From: Catajapyx aquilonaris
Taxonomy: Eukaryota
NCBI GenBank assembly: GCA_000934665.2
Contig: KZ538697.1
Location: 1-64,000, forward strand
DNA: 64,000 nt
Reading direction: 5' to 3'
Under the pieces are notes generated by a model. That model did not search any database, had not been told where the DNA came from, and saw nothing but the letters and a program-made list of their open reading frames with translations. Every line of letters begins with the position of its first letter. Position 1 is the stretch's first letter. Made by a program: the position numbers and the translations under genes. This document shows, piece after piece, positions 29,201 through 38,740 of this stretch.

Positions 29201-32200
29201 GCACCGGATAACGTACCGGACATCAACGTCATCACAGGTATGGGCTGTTGTATTCCGCTGAATGTTAGCCTACATTGGTGCAAGATAAGTTACTGTCGTG
29301 TGAAGCCACGAAAAAGACAATGAAAATAGTGCAATGTTCTCATTCGTACAATGTGCAAGGAAATGTCGAGATGTCGCAATTCCACATTGTTGATAATGAA
29401 TGAAAACTGCATGCAATAAAAATACAAGAACAATGTGACTGGATTTCAGTCGAAGCAGGTAATTAATTGAACTCAATCCTGCTTGAGTGCAGTTTGGAAA
29501 TTTTTGTTGACATTGTATTGTCGTTGCAGGAGTTCTGAAGGACTACCTACGAGAGTTGCCGGAGCCTTTGGTCACCAAGTGTCTGTACCAAATGCTGGTA
29601 GACGCTCTGGGGGTCTGTCTTGCTGACGACCCTGAGGGAAATGCCAAACTCATGTTTTCCATTCTCGACTGCCTGCCTAAAGCCAACAGGGTGAGTACTC
29701 CACTTTGGGTCCATCAGAGCGAGAGTTACAAAGAACTAAAATGAAGAGATCTTCGACATCCACTCTGAACAGTGCTGGTATTTCCAGTTTTCCTGTGATC
29801 TGGAAATGCAAAGGGTCTTGTGTACACTATCCATTTGTCAGTTCAACTTGTTCGGTAGTATATGAGAGTCTGTGGATTTCTTTTCTGGGAGGATAACATT
29901 CTCAGTGCTCTCTGTGTCTGGGTCTTGGAAAAGGGACGAATGGATCGATGAGAACCCCAACTTTGCACACAAAGGAATAACCTTCTTGATATCTCACAAA
30001 AAAAAGACGACGAGAGAGAGAGTATAGGGTGGGGGAAGAGAATGAGAGAGAATGTATCATTTACTCCCCCAGAGACGCGCGAGAAAGAAAGGTTCTCTGT
30101 CACATTAGGTGTTGTTTCAATATATTATCTATCACCATAAAAACAATGACAAAAGCCAGAAGAAACCCATTTGTCTTGTTTTTTTCCCCCAGAACTCCTT
30201 CATCCTCCTGATGGATCACCTAAGTCTCGTAGCTTCCCAATCCGAGCGCAACAAGATGGCTCCCCAGAACCTGGCTGTGTGCTTTGGACCAGTCCTGATG
30301 CTCCAGAGCGAGGAGGAGATACGTTTGGACTTCCAGTTGGCCATCAGCGTTCTCAAGTACCTACTGGAAATATGGCCTAACAAGTCAGGTAATGTCCCAC
30401 TGGGGTAGGAAACCAACTCAGAGACATGCACCGCTTTATTACTTATTATACCAAGTTAGTTCCCATGTAGAGTGTGACAGAGAAAGTACAACACACCAAG
30501 TCGTCCTCTTGAGACACTAGAGTGTAGATACATGTGCCTCATTGCAGATTAGAGTCAGTGATACCTTTTTATAACCGAATCGTCTGGACAAAAATACACA
30601 GCAGAGTGTATGTTACATTGTTACCTTCCCCCAACAAAGGTGTTATAGAAGGGTCTCACTGCACTTCCTCTGACATGAGAGAGGAAAACTGAGAGAAAGA
30701 GAGTATAGTGCTTGTCAATGAGCACGTGTTGCATGCAATGTGTGGTCTGGCTGAGAATCCGCACTAGCAAATGTACGCTTCCTATAGGACTGCACGTGCA
30801 GCTGAGAACGCCCTCTGCCCCGTGGACAGGAGCCTTGATCCATATATAATTAGAGAAAAAGATGGAGCCCATGCTAAATTTCGCCCACCCCATCTCATCA
30901 GATGGCCCCCAAAATGCATTGGCATATGGCGTTCGCCCCCCGATTGGCTGCTGCACAACCGCCAGCTGATGGAACACGGGGCTTATATGTCTCACACACA
31001 CAATCAAGCCCTCCCTCGATGCTCCTTATTACCCAGGGCTGGCACGACCAATGGTATTTGCAGGTTTTTTTCCATCTTGTATGCTACATCCATACAATAT
31101 TACGCATCATAATAATATAGTGAGTATATATTTGCCCGGGAGTGTTGTTGCACCTGGTTTGATGCAATACAGGCCCGATTTACACCGGAGTAAAATAGGT
31201 GACCACCATCTATTTTGCTCTAATATTGTGCGCAGAGGCATTGCCCATGTTCCCACTTGCGGATTCTTTATCACAGCAGATTGCTGGAGTAAACTATCCG
31301 TAACCTTTTCGCTTGAACTGGGGGCTTGGGCATTGCATCACCTTTGTACTCTCGGGACTTACAGTTCACTTGCTCTCGGTCAAGCCTTGCAAAATCAATC
31401 TCTCTGGAGGCCTTTACCACGTGTCCACTGGCAGCCGTAATTGTATTGTAACTCGAATTTGAATGTGTACTGTAGCTACTGTATTCGTTCAGTGGGCATT
31501 TACATTGCGTTAGTTGTAATATGTGATTACAGTGCGCCACAAGCACTGTAGGCCCAGTTAATTGCATAGCCCACTTGCCAAAAATATTGTAATTATCCGG
31601 TAGATTGCAATTGAGCGGATTATCGTATGTTTGGATAGAGACTCCTGCTGCTGATGGCCATTACAGGAGAATGATTTTGTAGAGGCCAGTACATGAATTT
31701 TGTGCAACTTATTTTTGGGGTTTTGGATTGCATATGTCGCATAAAAAAAGCTAACACAATCATGCCAGCGTCCCACACTCCATCATCATGTACCGGTATT
31801 TTGACGGATGGGCCCCCTCCATAAGAAGAAATATCGCAAAAGGGGGTCCCGTGAGATATATACACGCTGCATGTGTGCACTGCTTCAGCATGACCCGAGC
31901 ATGCGGATGATTGATTTACCATATATAATATCGCAGCAATGGAAGTTGGATGCGAGCCTGTGAGGGGTCGTTTACGCCAGTGAGAAAACTGACCCGAGTT
32001 TAGAAACGGTCCACTTTCTATGTAGCTATGAGTAAACGACCCCAAGTACAACCAAGTTCCAATGCAGCGGACTACAGCCCTTTAAGCGAAAGAACGATCT
32101 GACGTCACACCATCCGTGTCTTTTGAGAGCATGCGCAGTAGTATGCTTGCAGGAGGAATTGAATGTGACGTCAGATCGTTCTTTGGTTTAACGGACTTTG

Positions 32201-32963
32201 AGAAACACGGAAGCTGGGGATGACCTTGCAATTGTCCCTGCCCAAAGTTCAACAGTGCTCCTTCCCACAGACAGTTCGGGAAACGGAGTCCGCCCCGGAA
32301 GCCGTGCCGGCGCAAGGGGGCCGGGGGGCCCGGGGCCGCTTCCGGGGCAGAGGTCGCCGGCCCAACCTCCTCCTTCAGCAGCAACAGAGTCCCAAGCAGT
32401 CCCCTGGCTCGGCCAGCGAGTCCTCCCCGAGTCCTCCTGCTAGCCGAATGCCGTCCAGGGAACCTCCTCACAGGGACCTGCCCCCGCCAAAGCACCCGCC
32501 CCCGCCCCCGCCCCCGCCGCCCAGGAGGGGAGTGGTGGTCGGCGCCGGCCCTCCACCAGGGGCCGCCCCTCAGCCCACATCGCACCCGACCATCACAACC
32601 CCTCCGACCACCCCGGGGCTGCCCCCCAGGCCCCGAACCCCGCCCACAGCCGCCCCCGTGGTTGCCTCCGTGCTGGTCCAGCCCTTCCAGCCGGTGGCCG
32701 TTCAGCAAGAGGAAGAGGAGGAAGAGGAAGAGGACGAGGAGGACGAGGAGGAGGACGAGGAAGAGGAGGAAGAGGTGGCGAGTCAGGAGGAGCAGGAGCA
32801 CCACGGGAGACGCGAGACTGGAGACGGTCAAGAGGAAAAGGAAGAGGTCAAGCTGGAGCAGGTGGAGACCAAGGAAGGGCATCAGGTTGCGCCTCCCGCA
32901 CAGGAGATGCTGCAACCGGAAGCGATCGTTGTGGCGGAAGGCTCCAACATGGCAGATATTTAA
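2170..32963 (+). CDS. RhoGAP100F: Rho GTPase-activating protein Syd-1 / RhoGAP100F orthologue (PDZ, C2, RhoGAP), 12 coding exons: join(2170..2244,5091..5207,16357..16539,17105..17263,17330..18267,18327..18868,24409..24587,26795..27008,28548..29237,29530..29690,30193..30388,32275..32963)
   Basis: Exon translations match motifs I recall from Drosophila Syd-1/RhoGAP100[133 protein letters not shown]. All junctions are GT-AG with matching phases. About 1380 aa with the distal last-exon acceptor. Confidence 0.95.
2810..2966. repeat. Diverged direct repeat, two ~55-60 bp copies (2810-2869, 2912-2966)
   Basis: gcagaatgctctatggttgcctcca...taggcaacacttctggagaattcatgaag versus gcagaatgttttatgattacctccataggcaacactcctggagaatttcatgaag. 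Confidence 0.8.
5091..5207 (+). CDS. RhoGAP100F: Syd-1 coding exon 2 (EGREQAAEM...[12 protein letters not shown])
   Basis: Acceptor ttcttgcag|, donor AAG|GTATGT, 117 nt, phase 0/0. Ends in the conserved QGDFRK that continues as VSGIS in exon 3. Confidence 0.92.
12759..12882. mobile_element. Palindromic MITE, Tc1/mariner-like termini CAGGGTG...CACCCTG
   Basis: Arms 12759-12811 and 12830-12882 are inverted copies (53 bp, about 5 mismatches) around an 18-bp spacer. The TA target duplication is degenerate. Confidence 0.75.
16357..16539 (+). CDS. RhoGAP100F: Syd-1 coding exon 3 ([20 protein letters not shown]...KFLAMQ)
   Basis: Acceptor tttcag|, donor CAG|GTAAGG, 183 nt, phase 0/0. Conserved Syd-1 N-terminal block. 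Confidence 0.95.
17105..17263 (+). CDS. RhoGAP100F: Syd-1 coding exon 4, N-terminal half of PDZ domain
   Basis: Acceptor ttttccgcag|, donor AAG|GTGCGT. Encodes [14 protein letters not shown] (PDZ carboxylate-binding loop). Confidence 0.95.
17330..18267 (+). CDS. RhoGAP100F: Syd-1 coding exon 5, C-terminal half of PDZ plus Pro/Gln-rich linker
   Basis: Acceptor catttag|GTG. Encodes [33 protein letters not shown] and [10 protein letters not shown]. Donor GA|GTAAGT at 18268 (phase 2). Confidence 0.93.
18327..18868 (+). CDS. RhoGAP100F: Syd-1 coding exon 6
   Basis: Acceptor ctactttcag| after a 59-nt intron; phase 2 restores GAG. Encodes [30 protein letters not shown]. Donor G|GTCAGT (phase 1). 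Confidence 0.9.
24409..24587 (+). CDS. RhoGAP100F: Syd-1 coding exon 7 ([23 protein letters not shown]...[14 protein letters not shown])
   Basis: Acceptor tttcttggtag| (phase 1), donor GAG|GTAAGG (phase 0). Conserved EYR.WL.RAPS and F..SAEN motifs. Confidence 0.92.
26795..27008 (+). CDS. RhoGAP100F: Syd-1 coding exon 8 ([10 protein letters not shown]...RRVRHLLEE...HINPA)
   Basis: Acceptor gttttccag| (phase 0), donor G|GTCAGA (phase 1). Joins the next exon to give INPAEFLKYK. Confidence 0.88.
28548..29237 (+). CDS. RhoGAP100F: Syd-1 coding exon 9, C2 domain and start of RhoGAP domain
   Basis: Acceptor ctgtttcag|. C2: [11 protein letters not shown]...[11 protein letters not shown]...DFLIYSWDP. 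RhoGAP: LFGVDLE...[28 protein letters not shown]. Donor G|GTATGG. Confidence 0.97.
29530..29690 (+). CDS. RhoGAP100F: Syd-1 coding exon 10, RhoGAP domain
   Basis: Acceptor gttgcag|, encodes [14 protein letters not shown]...LDCLPKANR, donor AGG|GTGAGT. Confidence 0.97.
30193..30388 (+). CDS. RhoGAP100F: Syd-1 coding exon 11, end of RhoGAP domain
   Basis: Strong polypyrimidine acceptor ttttttcccccag|. Encodes [32 protein letters not shown] (RhoGAP C-terminal signature). Donor G|GTAATG (phase 1). Confidence 0.96.
32082..32191. mobile_element. Small TTAA-flanked inverted-repeat element (MITE-like)
   Basis: Perfect 21-bp inverted repeat aaagaacgatctgacgtcaca (32089-32109) / tgtgacgtcagatcgttcttt (32164-32184). 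TTAA lies on both outer sides (32082-32085, 32188-32191). Confidence 0.7.
32271..32443 (+). CDS. RhoGAP100F: Syd-1 terminal coding exon, short alternative frame ([10 protein letters not shown]...LPESSC*)
   Basis: Proximal acceptor cttcccacag| lies directly after the pyrimidine tract, is also phase-1 usable, and reads to TAG at 32441-32443. Confidence 0.5.
32275..32963 (+). CDS. RhoGAP100F: Syd-1 terminal coding exon, long frame (RG-rich, polyproline, acidic Glu/Asp tract, ends MADI*)
   Basis: Distal acceptor of cttcccacagACAG| matches phase 1 and opens a 689-nt GC-rich frame to TAA at 32961-32963. AT-rich UTR-like sequence follows. Confidence 0.65.
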
Positions 32964-33194
32964 CCACCATGATGATTACAATAAGGAGGCAGAGAAGAAA
33001 AAGAAGAAGACTACGACTAGTACGAGTAATGTTCCCTGTCATGACGCGGTGGGCCGGTTAAATGGGCGTCGTGGTGAACGTGATGGCATCCAAAGAGCGC
33101 CAATTATTGGAGTCTGCAAAATGGACTCAAAATCTTTCTCAGGGTACGATATATCATCCTATGATGGGCCCGTGGTACTTGAGAGTTACATTTC

Positions 33195-33200
33195 AATAAA
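33195..33200 (+). terminator. Candidate polyadenylation signal AATAAA of Syd-1
   Basis: First AATAAA after the long-form stop, about 230 nt downstream. The 3' UTR may extend further. Confidence 0.35.
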
Positions 33201-36200
33201 GTATAATTATTATAATAATTATAATATAATATCATTTAGGCACTTGATGCCTTCGTGAGCAAGGAGCCCTGCTTTAAACGGCTTTATAATATTAATATAT
33301 ATCTTGAAATGATAAATAGCGATATATATGTAATTATACGAATGCAAGCGAAACAATGAACAGTATTATTATCAATTTCTATTTTAATTTCCGTGATGCT
33401 GTTTAAGAGGGAAAAAAGGATGCTGTAGGTGTATAGCGTGTTTCAGGAGTGGAAGATGTAATAATGTTAGCGACAGAGAGAGAGAGAGAAAGTGAGTGAA
33501 TGCAAGTTTTATCACACACAAAAATATTAGCTTTACATATCAAGTTAATTCGACCGCTCAGCATGCATTTATGTATAGTTTTGCTACCTTTGACGGTCTG
33601 TTGGAAAAAAAAGTGTTCTGGATTGACATTTTTAAAGTCACATCAGTGATAGAAAAGATGTACATTTCCAATAATTGCCGCCTTTCCCCAAAGGCAAAAA
33701 AAAAAATATGTTAGCCTCAATGTGCTTTAAGGAGGAGGAATTCCATCACGATTGCCATCGACGCTCGTTTTCTGGTCACACTTAATTTTTCGCTTCGGGT
33801 GTCTACCCCCCTTCCCCACCCCCCCCTGCTTGCTTAACTTCCATTTTCCACCCTTCCAGTGGCCAAAAAAAAAGCTCTTACTACCTCCGAACCCATCAGG
33901 ATGAACCTGATGGACGTCTTTCTTCCTTCTCTCGCTCTCTTTTTTTAAAAGGTTGTTTTTTTTGTGTAAAGCACGCCTGTCCCATGCTCAGAAAAGCTTA
34001 CCAGAAATGCTGTAAGCTTCTCAGGATCGCCATGGATATTTCTCTCTCCCCNNNNNNNCCCCCCCCCCCCCCCCAATACCTAGTCAAGAATTTGGGCTGG
34101 TCCCAAATCTTGTGGTCTTGCAATGTTGCATTTATATTCAGTTTGGCTGTTTTTTTTTAATATGTCTAAAAAATAATCCCCCCTCCCCGGCGTATTTATT
34201 TATAAATCCCAGCGCACAATGACATCCACTATGCCTGTTTGAACTAAACCAGAGAGACTCTGAAAGGGAAAAAAATATATATTATTTATTCAGAGGCTTG
34301 ATGACACTACTCGAGTATACTAACAGGAGACGAAACTTTCAAAGTGCCTTCAGGCGGCGCGGTCATGTCTCTATAAGTAGTTTGTTTAACACCCCTCTTG
34401 TTTTTTTTTCTTCATTTTTTATCAAAATGGATGTACTATTAAGGCGGAATTTTGGTTGTGTGCACCAAGTCCAAGATTCGCTGGAACAACTAGACGCCTT
34501 TTTTGCTGTTGTTTATTACCCAAAACCAAAACGGGGGTGCGAGTGAGACGATTTATTCGAGTGCGTGAGTGCGTGACCCTACGACATGCTGGGGGAGAAA
34601 AGTGCATATGTGTTGGGTGTCCCCCCCCCCCCCCNCCCCCCCCCCCTGTCACTCCCCCAAACCCTCCCATCCAACCAAAAAAAAAATGCCATCGTTAGAG
34701 TCTTGTCAAAGTGGTAGGTGTAGCGCTGATTTTTTCCGTTAGCGAGGCGTTGATGTCGATAGCAATAAGGCTCCTGACTCTCTAATTTATTTATTTATCA
34801 ACAAAAAAAAGAACCATCATGCGAAAAGGCCTGACAAGCAAAAATTTGTTTTTGAAAAGTAATTCTCGGTGCCCAGGAGAACTGATGCTGTGGGGACGAA
34901 CGAAAAAAAAAAATTGTAGCTGGTTTATGCAACAACACTGCCAAATTACAACAACTTTCATCCCGTACATTTTCTCTCCCAATCCCTCCTTTTTAAGAAA
35001 AAAAATAGTTCCACCCCTTTTGAAAAAATATGTGGTAGATATCCCTTATCCCCCTTGATGATCTCCAGGGAGATGTCCAGGACTTCCAGATTCCTCATTT
35101 GGTTTTCTTTTTTTTCCCCCACTTTTTATTGTGTCCGAGACGCACTAGGATAAGAGTACTTGTAGTGCATATAGCCATGCTTTCTTTTGAATTAGTTGTT
35201 TTGTACAATGCAACAATATTATTGATCAATTTTTAATATTTACTTCAATATGAACTGTCCACCAAAAGAATGGCTGCATAAAAGCTTGATTACTCGATGT
35301 ATTTAAAAAGCTGCAACGGTTGGTACAAATCAGATTGTGGGATTTCAATTTTAAAAAAACAATAATGTTCTCATACAATAACATAATAATTAATAATCAA
35401 GCTTTTCGTGTGGTCTTTCATTCTGCAGCGTGTTTGATGAGCAAGAATAGCCGAAATGGATTTTGGTGTGGGCTATTTAAAAACGAGAGTACTAGATACT
35501 TACAAGGTATTTATGGCATTTATCTTATCAGTTTTTGGGCGGTCCGATAAACAAATAGAAGAGCTGGAGGTGAGATCTGTAAAAGGAAAGTTGTCTCAAA
35601 CGTTTCTTGAGTCCAATTGAGATTAAGGCCAGGGGATTACACCGATCGAAAATTGTTTTCAACTAAAGAAAAGAAGGTAACCCGCATTTTCCCTCCCCCC
35701 TCCCCAAATATTTCCCCCAACAATTGCATCAATGAATAATTACTCCTCCAACCCAATCCCAGCCGATTAGGAAGCCACAAACTGGTGCTATTCCGGCCTC
35801 GTGTTTTGTCCCAGTGTTTGTCGTCTTCTCGAAGCAACAGGTAATACTGTTCTAATAATAATACTAATAATAAGCAAATATGGACGCTGTGTAGGTGTTT
35901 ACAAAGCAGAAAGTGTGAGTGTGAGCAATAATTCGCCTCTTTGAAAAAAATAATAATAATAACCCACATATAATCGCGCCGTCTTCTCTCGAATTTATTT
36001 GTTTGTTTTTTTAAATGAATTTACACCCCGCTCATTCGCAGCACGTATACCGGTACCGGTATTAGGAAGAACTCACTGATATGAGTAAAAATAAAAAATA
36101 GTAAACCTGATTTCCAAAAGTGGCCTATTGTGACAATCTACTAATTAGTGTTTTTACACAGGTCAACCCACCTTCAATAATTATTAGAAAGAAACTGAAA

Positions 36201-38554
36201 CTTGTAGTCGGTAGAATTTCTTCCTCGCACATGCACCACTTAGGTTTTGTTTCCTTTCGAAAGCCAAAAACATCTCCCTTAGAGGTAATACTGGACATAT
36301 ATAACCATCTTAAAACATTCCAATTTTTTTTTTCAAACGTGAGAATCTCCCCGTACATTCCTCATAAAACTACAGTTTAGTGACTCAACAGGTGGCCAAG
36401 TCTCATTTCTCACAAGGTGAAACGTTATTTTTGTACCCTCAGACCAAGAAGTCGACAGCTTTCTGTGTTTAGTGGATTTTTCTCTCCCCCCCCCCCATCA
36501 CCCTCAACACCCCCTCCCCAATTCAACCCCCCCTGTTCTTATACAGAATTGATGTTTTACTGGGAAAACCGGATGATTTGGATGTGTATTTCAAGAGGTG
36601 GGGGGGTTAGGACATTGAAGACAGATGTCGAATCTTCCCCCTCCTTCATAGTGTTCAAAGTTGCCAATGTTACAGCTTTCGAGGGATAAGGTTTTTAAAC
36701 AAAAAATGGACAACTTTTTTGACCAGGCTAAATCACTGTCTTCATTTTTTTTAAATAAATCGCTTTGTGTTGATTTGAGTTGATATCCAGAAAGAGCGTG
36801 GGTTTGTGGCACGGCTTCACTGCGTATAGGCAAAGAACTTGAAGATATTTGTTATTAGACTAAAGGAGTTGATGGAACTGGATGTAATATAAACAAAACG
36901 GAAACAATGATGGTAGAGGTTGGAGCACAGGCGGATGTTTCAATAACGTCGCCTTCTGGGGTTAAATGGGATACATGTGACCATACGAATAGAGAGCAGG
37001 CAATATAATGAGGGGATTCGCCTCTTCATCACTGCCACTAAAGCATGTTCGCAATCCTGTTTGTTACGCCCTGTTGTTACATGTTTGAATAACTCATGGG
37101 CATGAAGCAGGCTTGTGAACAGGCCTTATATTATTTAAAAACGAGTCTTGTTTCCAATAGAGGGGCAGGAGCACGACTGTTGGTGGTGTTTAACAAAATA
37201 AATAAATTGTGGAAAAAGCCTACTTGTCACTGCCAGAAAGGATCGCCACAAGAGGGCACTGAAATGAGGCAAATTTTACTGAAATAAAAAAAAATGTTGT
37301 GCAGTACAATTAGTTGCTTTTGCTATCGGCTGTGCTGGGTGCAAAAAAAAGGTGACCCGTTTTTGGGTAGTGATGGAGGCTTCTCATTTCTTTATTGAGA
37401 GAAATAAAATAATGTGTAAGGAATAAGTATAAACAAAATAGACAAATCCAAGCAATTTTGTACAGATTGAATTAACCGTGGAAGACGCGCGTTCTACCCT
37501 CTTTTTCGCAGTGATTGTTTGCTAGATTAGCTTATACCGGCGCGTTGTAAATACCGTCATAGATGACCTGGGACAAGGAATGATAACACAAAGAGGGAAT
37601 TTTTGCGAGCCAATTTCTTTGTTCTAAATTATTGCTTTCTCACCAAGTTCACATTGGTCGGGTTTTGTCCTGCCGCAATATTCGGAGAAGTGTAAAGGTT
37701 ACAGGCGAGAGCGACAATGTGGAGGTGCAGTGCCCTCTGAATTGAATAAGGAAGAATAAATAATAATTAAAATAATAAAGGAGAAATGATGGAAACGTCA
37801 CTCAAGGTTGGACGTTGTTACATTCCAGTTGTGATTGATTAAGGAAAATCTGTACAGTAGGATATACTGTGTTATACGTAACAGTCCGTTAACATGCTAC
37901 TACTAGAATATTATTGTAGTGTACATTTTTGCAGTGCTATGTTTGGTTCTATGAGAAAGTGATGTGCGCAGATAGAGCGTTGTGTCAGCTTGAGCACATA
38001 TCAGAGAGAAAGAGAGAGAGAGATTTTTTAAAAAAGATACTCGGATGTAAAACGGATCAATTGCACATTTTATTGTCACCGTTATTTTTTTTTTGAAACC
38101 TATTGTTTCTCGTCTGTTTCGTGTCAAGGTGGGGGAGGGGCCAGTTTGTTTTTTAATTATGTGTTTTGTAATTTTTTTAAAAAAAACTCTGATTTACTCC
38201 TCTCCCCCATGAACCTCCCAAGACGAAAGGCTGGATAGTTGTGTATAATCATCACCGCCTGACATATGTATAATTCTGGCTATGTGCATTGTCCTTTTCT
38301 ACTTTCCTAAGTGTATGTGGAAAAAATTGTAACCCCCCTACATCTCGTTTCAGAGTAGACGACATCTGCTGTTGTCTAGCGGACTATACAGTATTGTGGT
38401 TTGTTTGTACAGCCGGCCTGGGTTGTAGTTGTTATCTAGTTTTGTGAACGTTGGACTACACCTAGAAGGAGCATCCATTGGACAGTCGAGTCGCAAATCC
38501 TCTCTATTTCCTTCCCCGATCCTCTTTCAACTTTCAAGGTAGACAAATCCGATA

Positions 38555-38740
38555 CCATGCAAGGCCTTATTCAGTCCCCCCCTGTCGAACCAACACATTT
38601 TTTCCACCTCTTTGCCAGCCTATCGCTTTAGGTCTTTGTCATAGGTGTTGATCTATAGGTGCTAACTGCGGATCTCCTCTGCTTCCTCGTCCAAACTCGC
38701 CTACTTCTCTTCAAAGGATGTCTTTTTGCTGCACTTTGAA
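38555..38740 (-). mobile_element. Possible highly degenerate 3' end of an RTE-clade LINE ORF
   Basis: Minus-strand translation with stops and frameshifts gives KDIL*REVGEFGRGSRGDPQLAPIDQHL...KAIG...WKK...DRGD*. This resembles the RTE C-terminal pattern KDILYGEL..G.R.RGRPQLRYKD..KRDMKA...W...DR..W (from memory). Confidence 0.3.

Noticed and set aside
30870..30940. Hammerhead ribozyme core on the minus strand (CTGATGA...GAAA)
   Set aside because: Stem II cannot pair beyond one base pair, and I found no suitable NUH site with stems I and III.
32180..32190. miR-9-like start tctttggtt
   Set aside because: Only 9 nt match, and they belong to the inverted-repeat element.
32082..32915. 277-aa minus-strand Leu-rich ORF
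   Set aside because: Antisense shadow of the GC-rich, low-complexity terminal exon.
32662..33258. 198-aa Arg/Lys-rich ORF overlapping the last exon
   Set aside because: It is the shifted reading of the GAG/GAA acidic tract, starts at a non-ATG codon and runs into AT-rich UTR.
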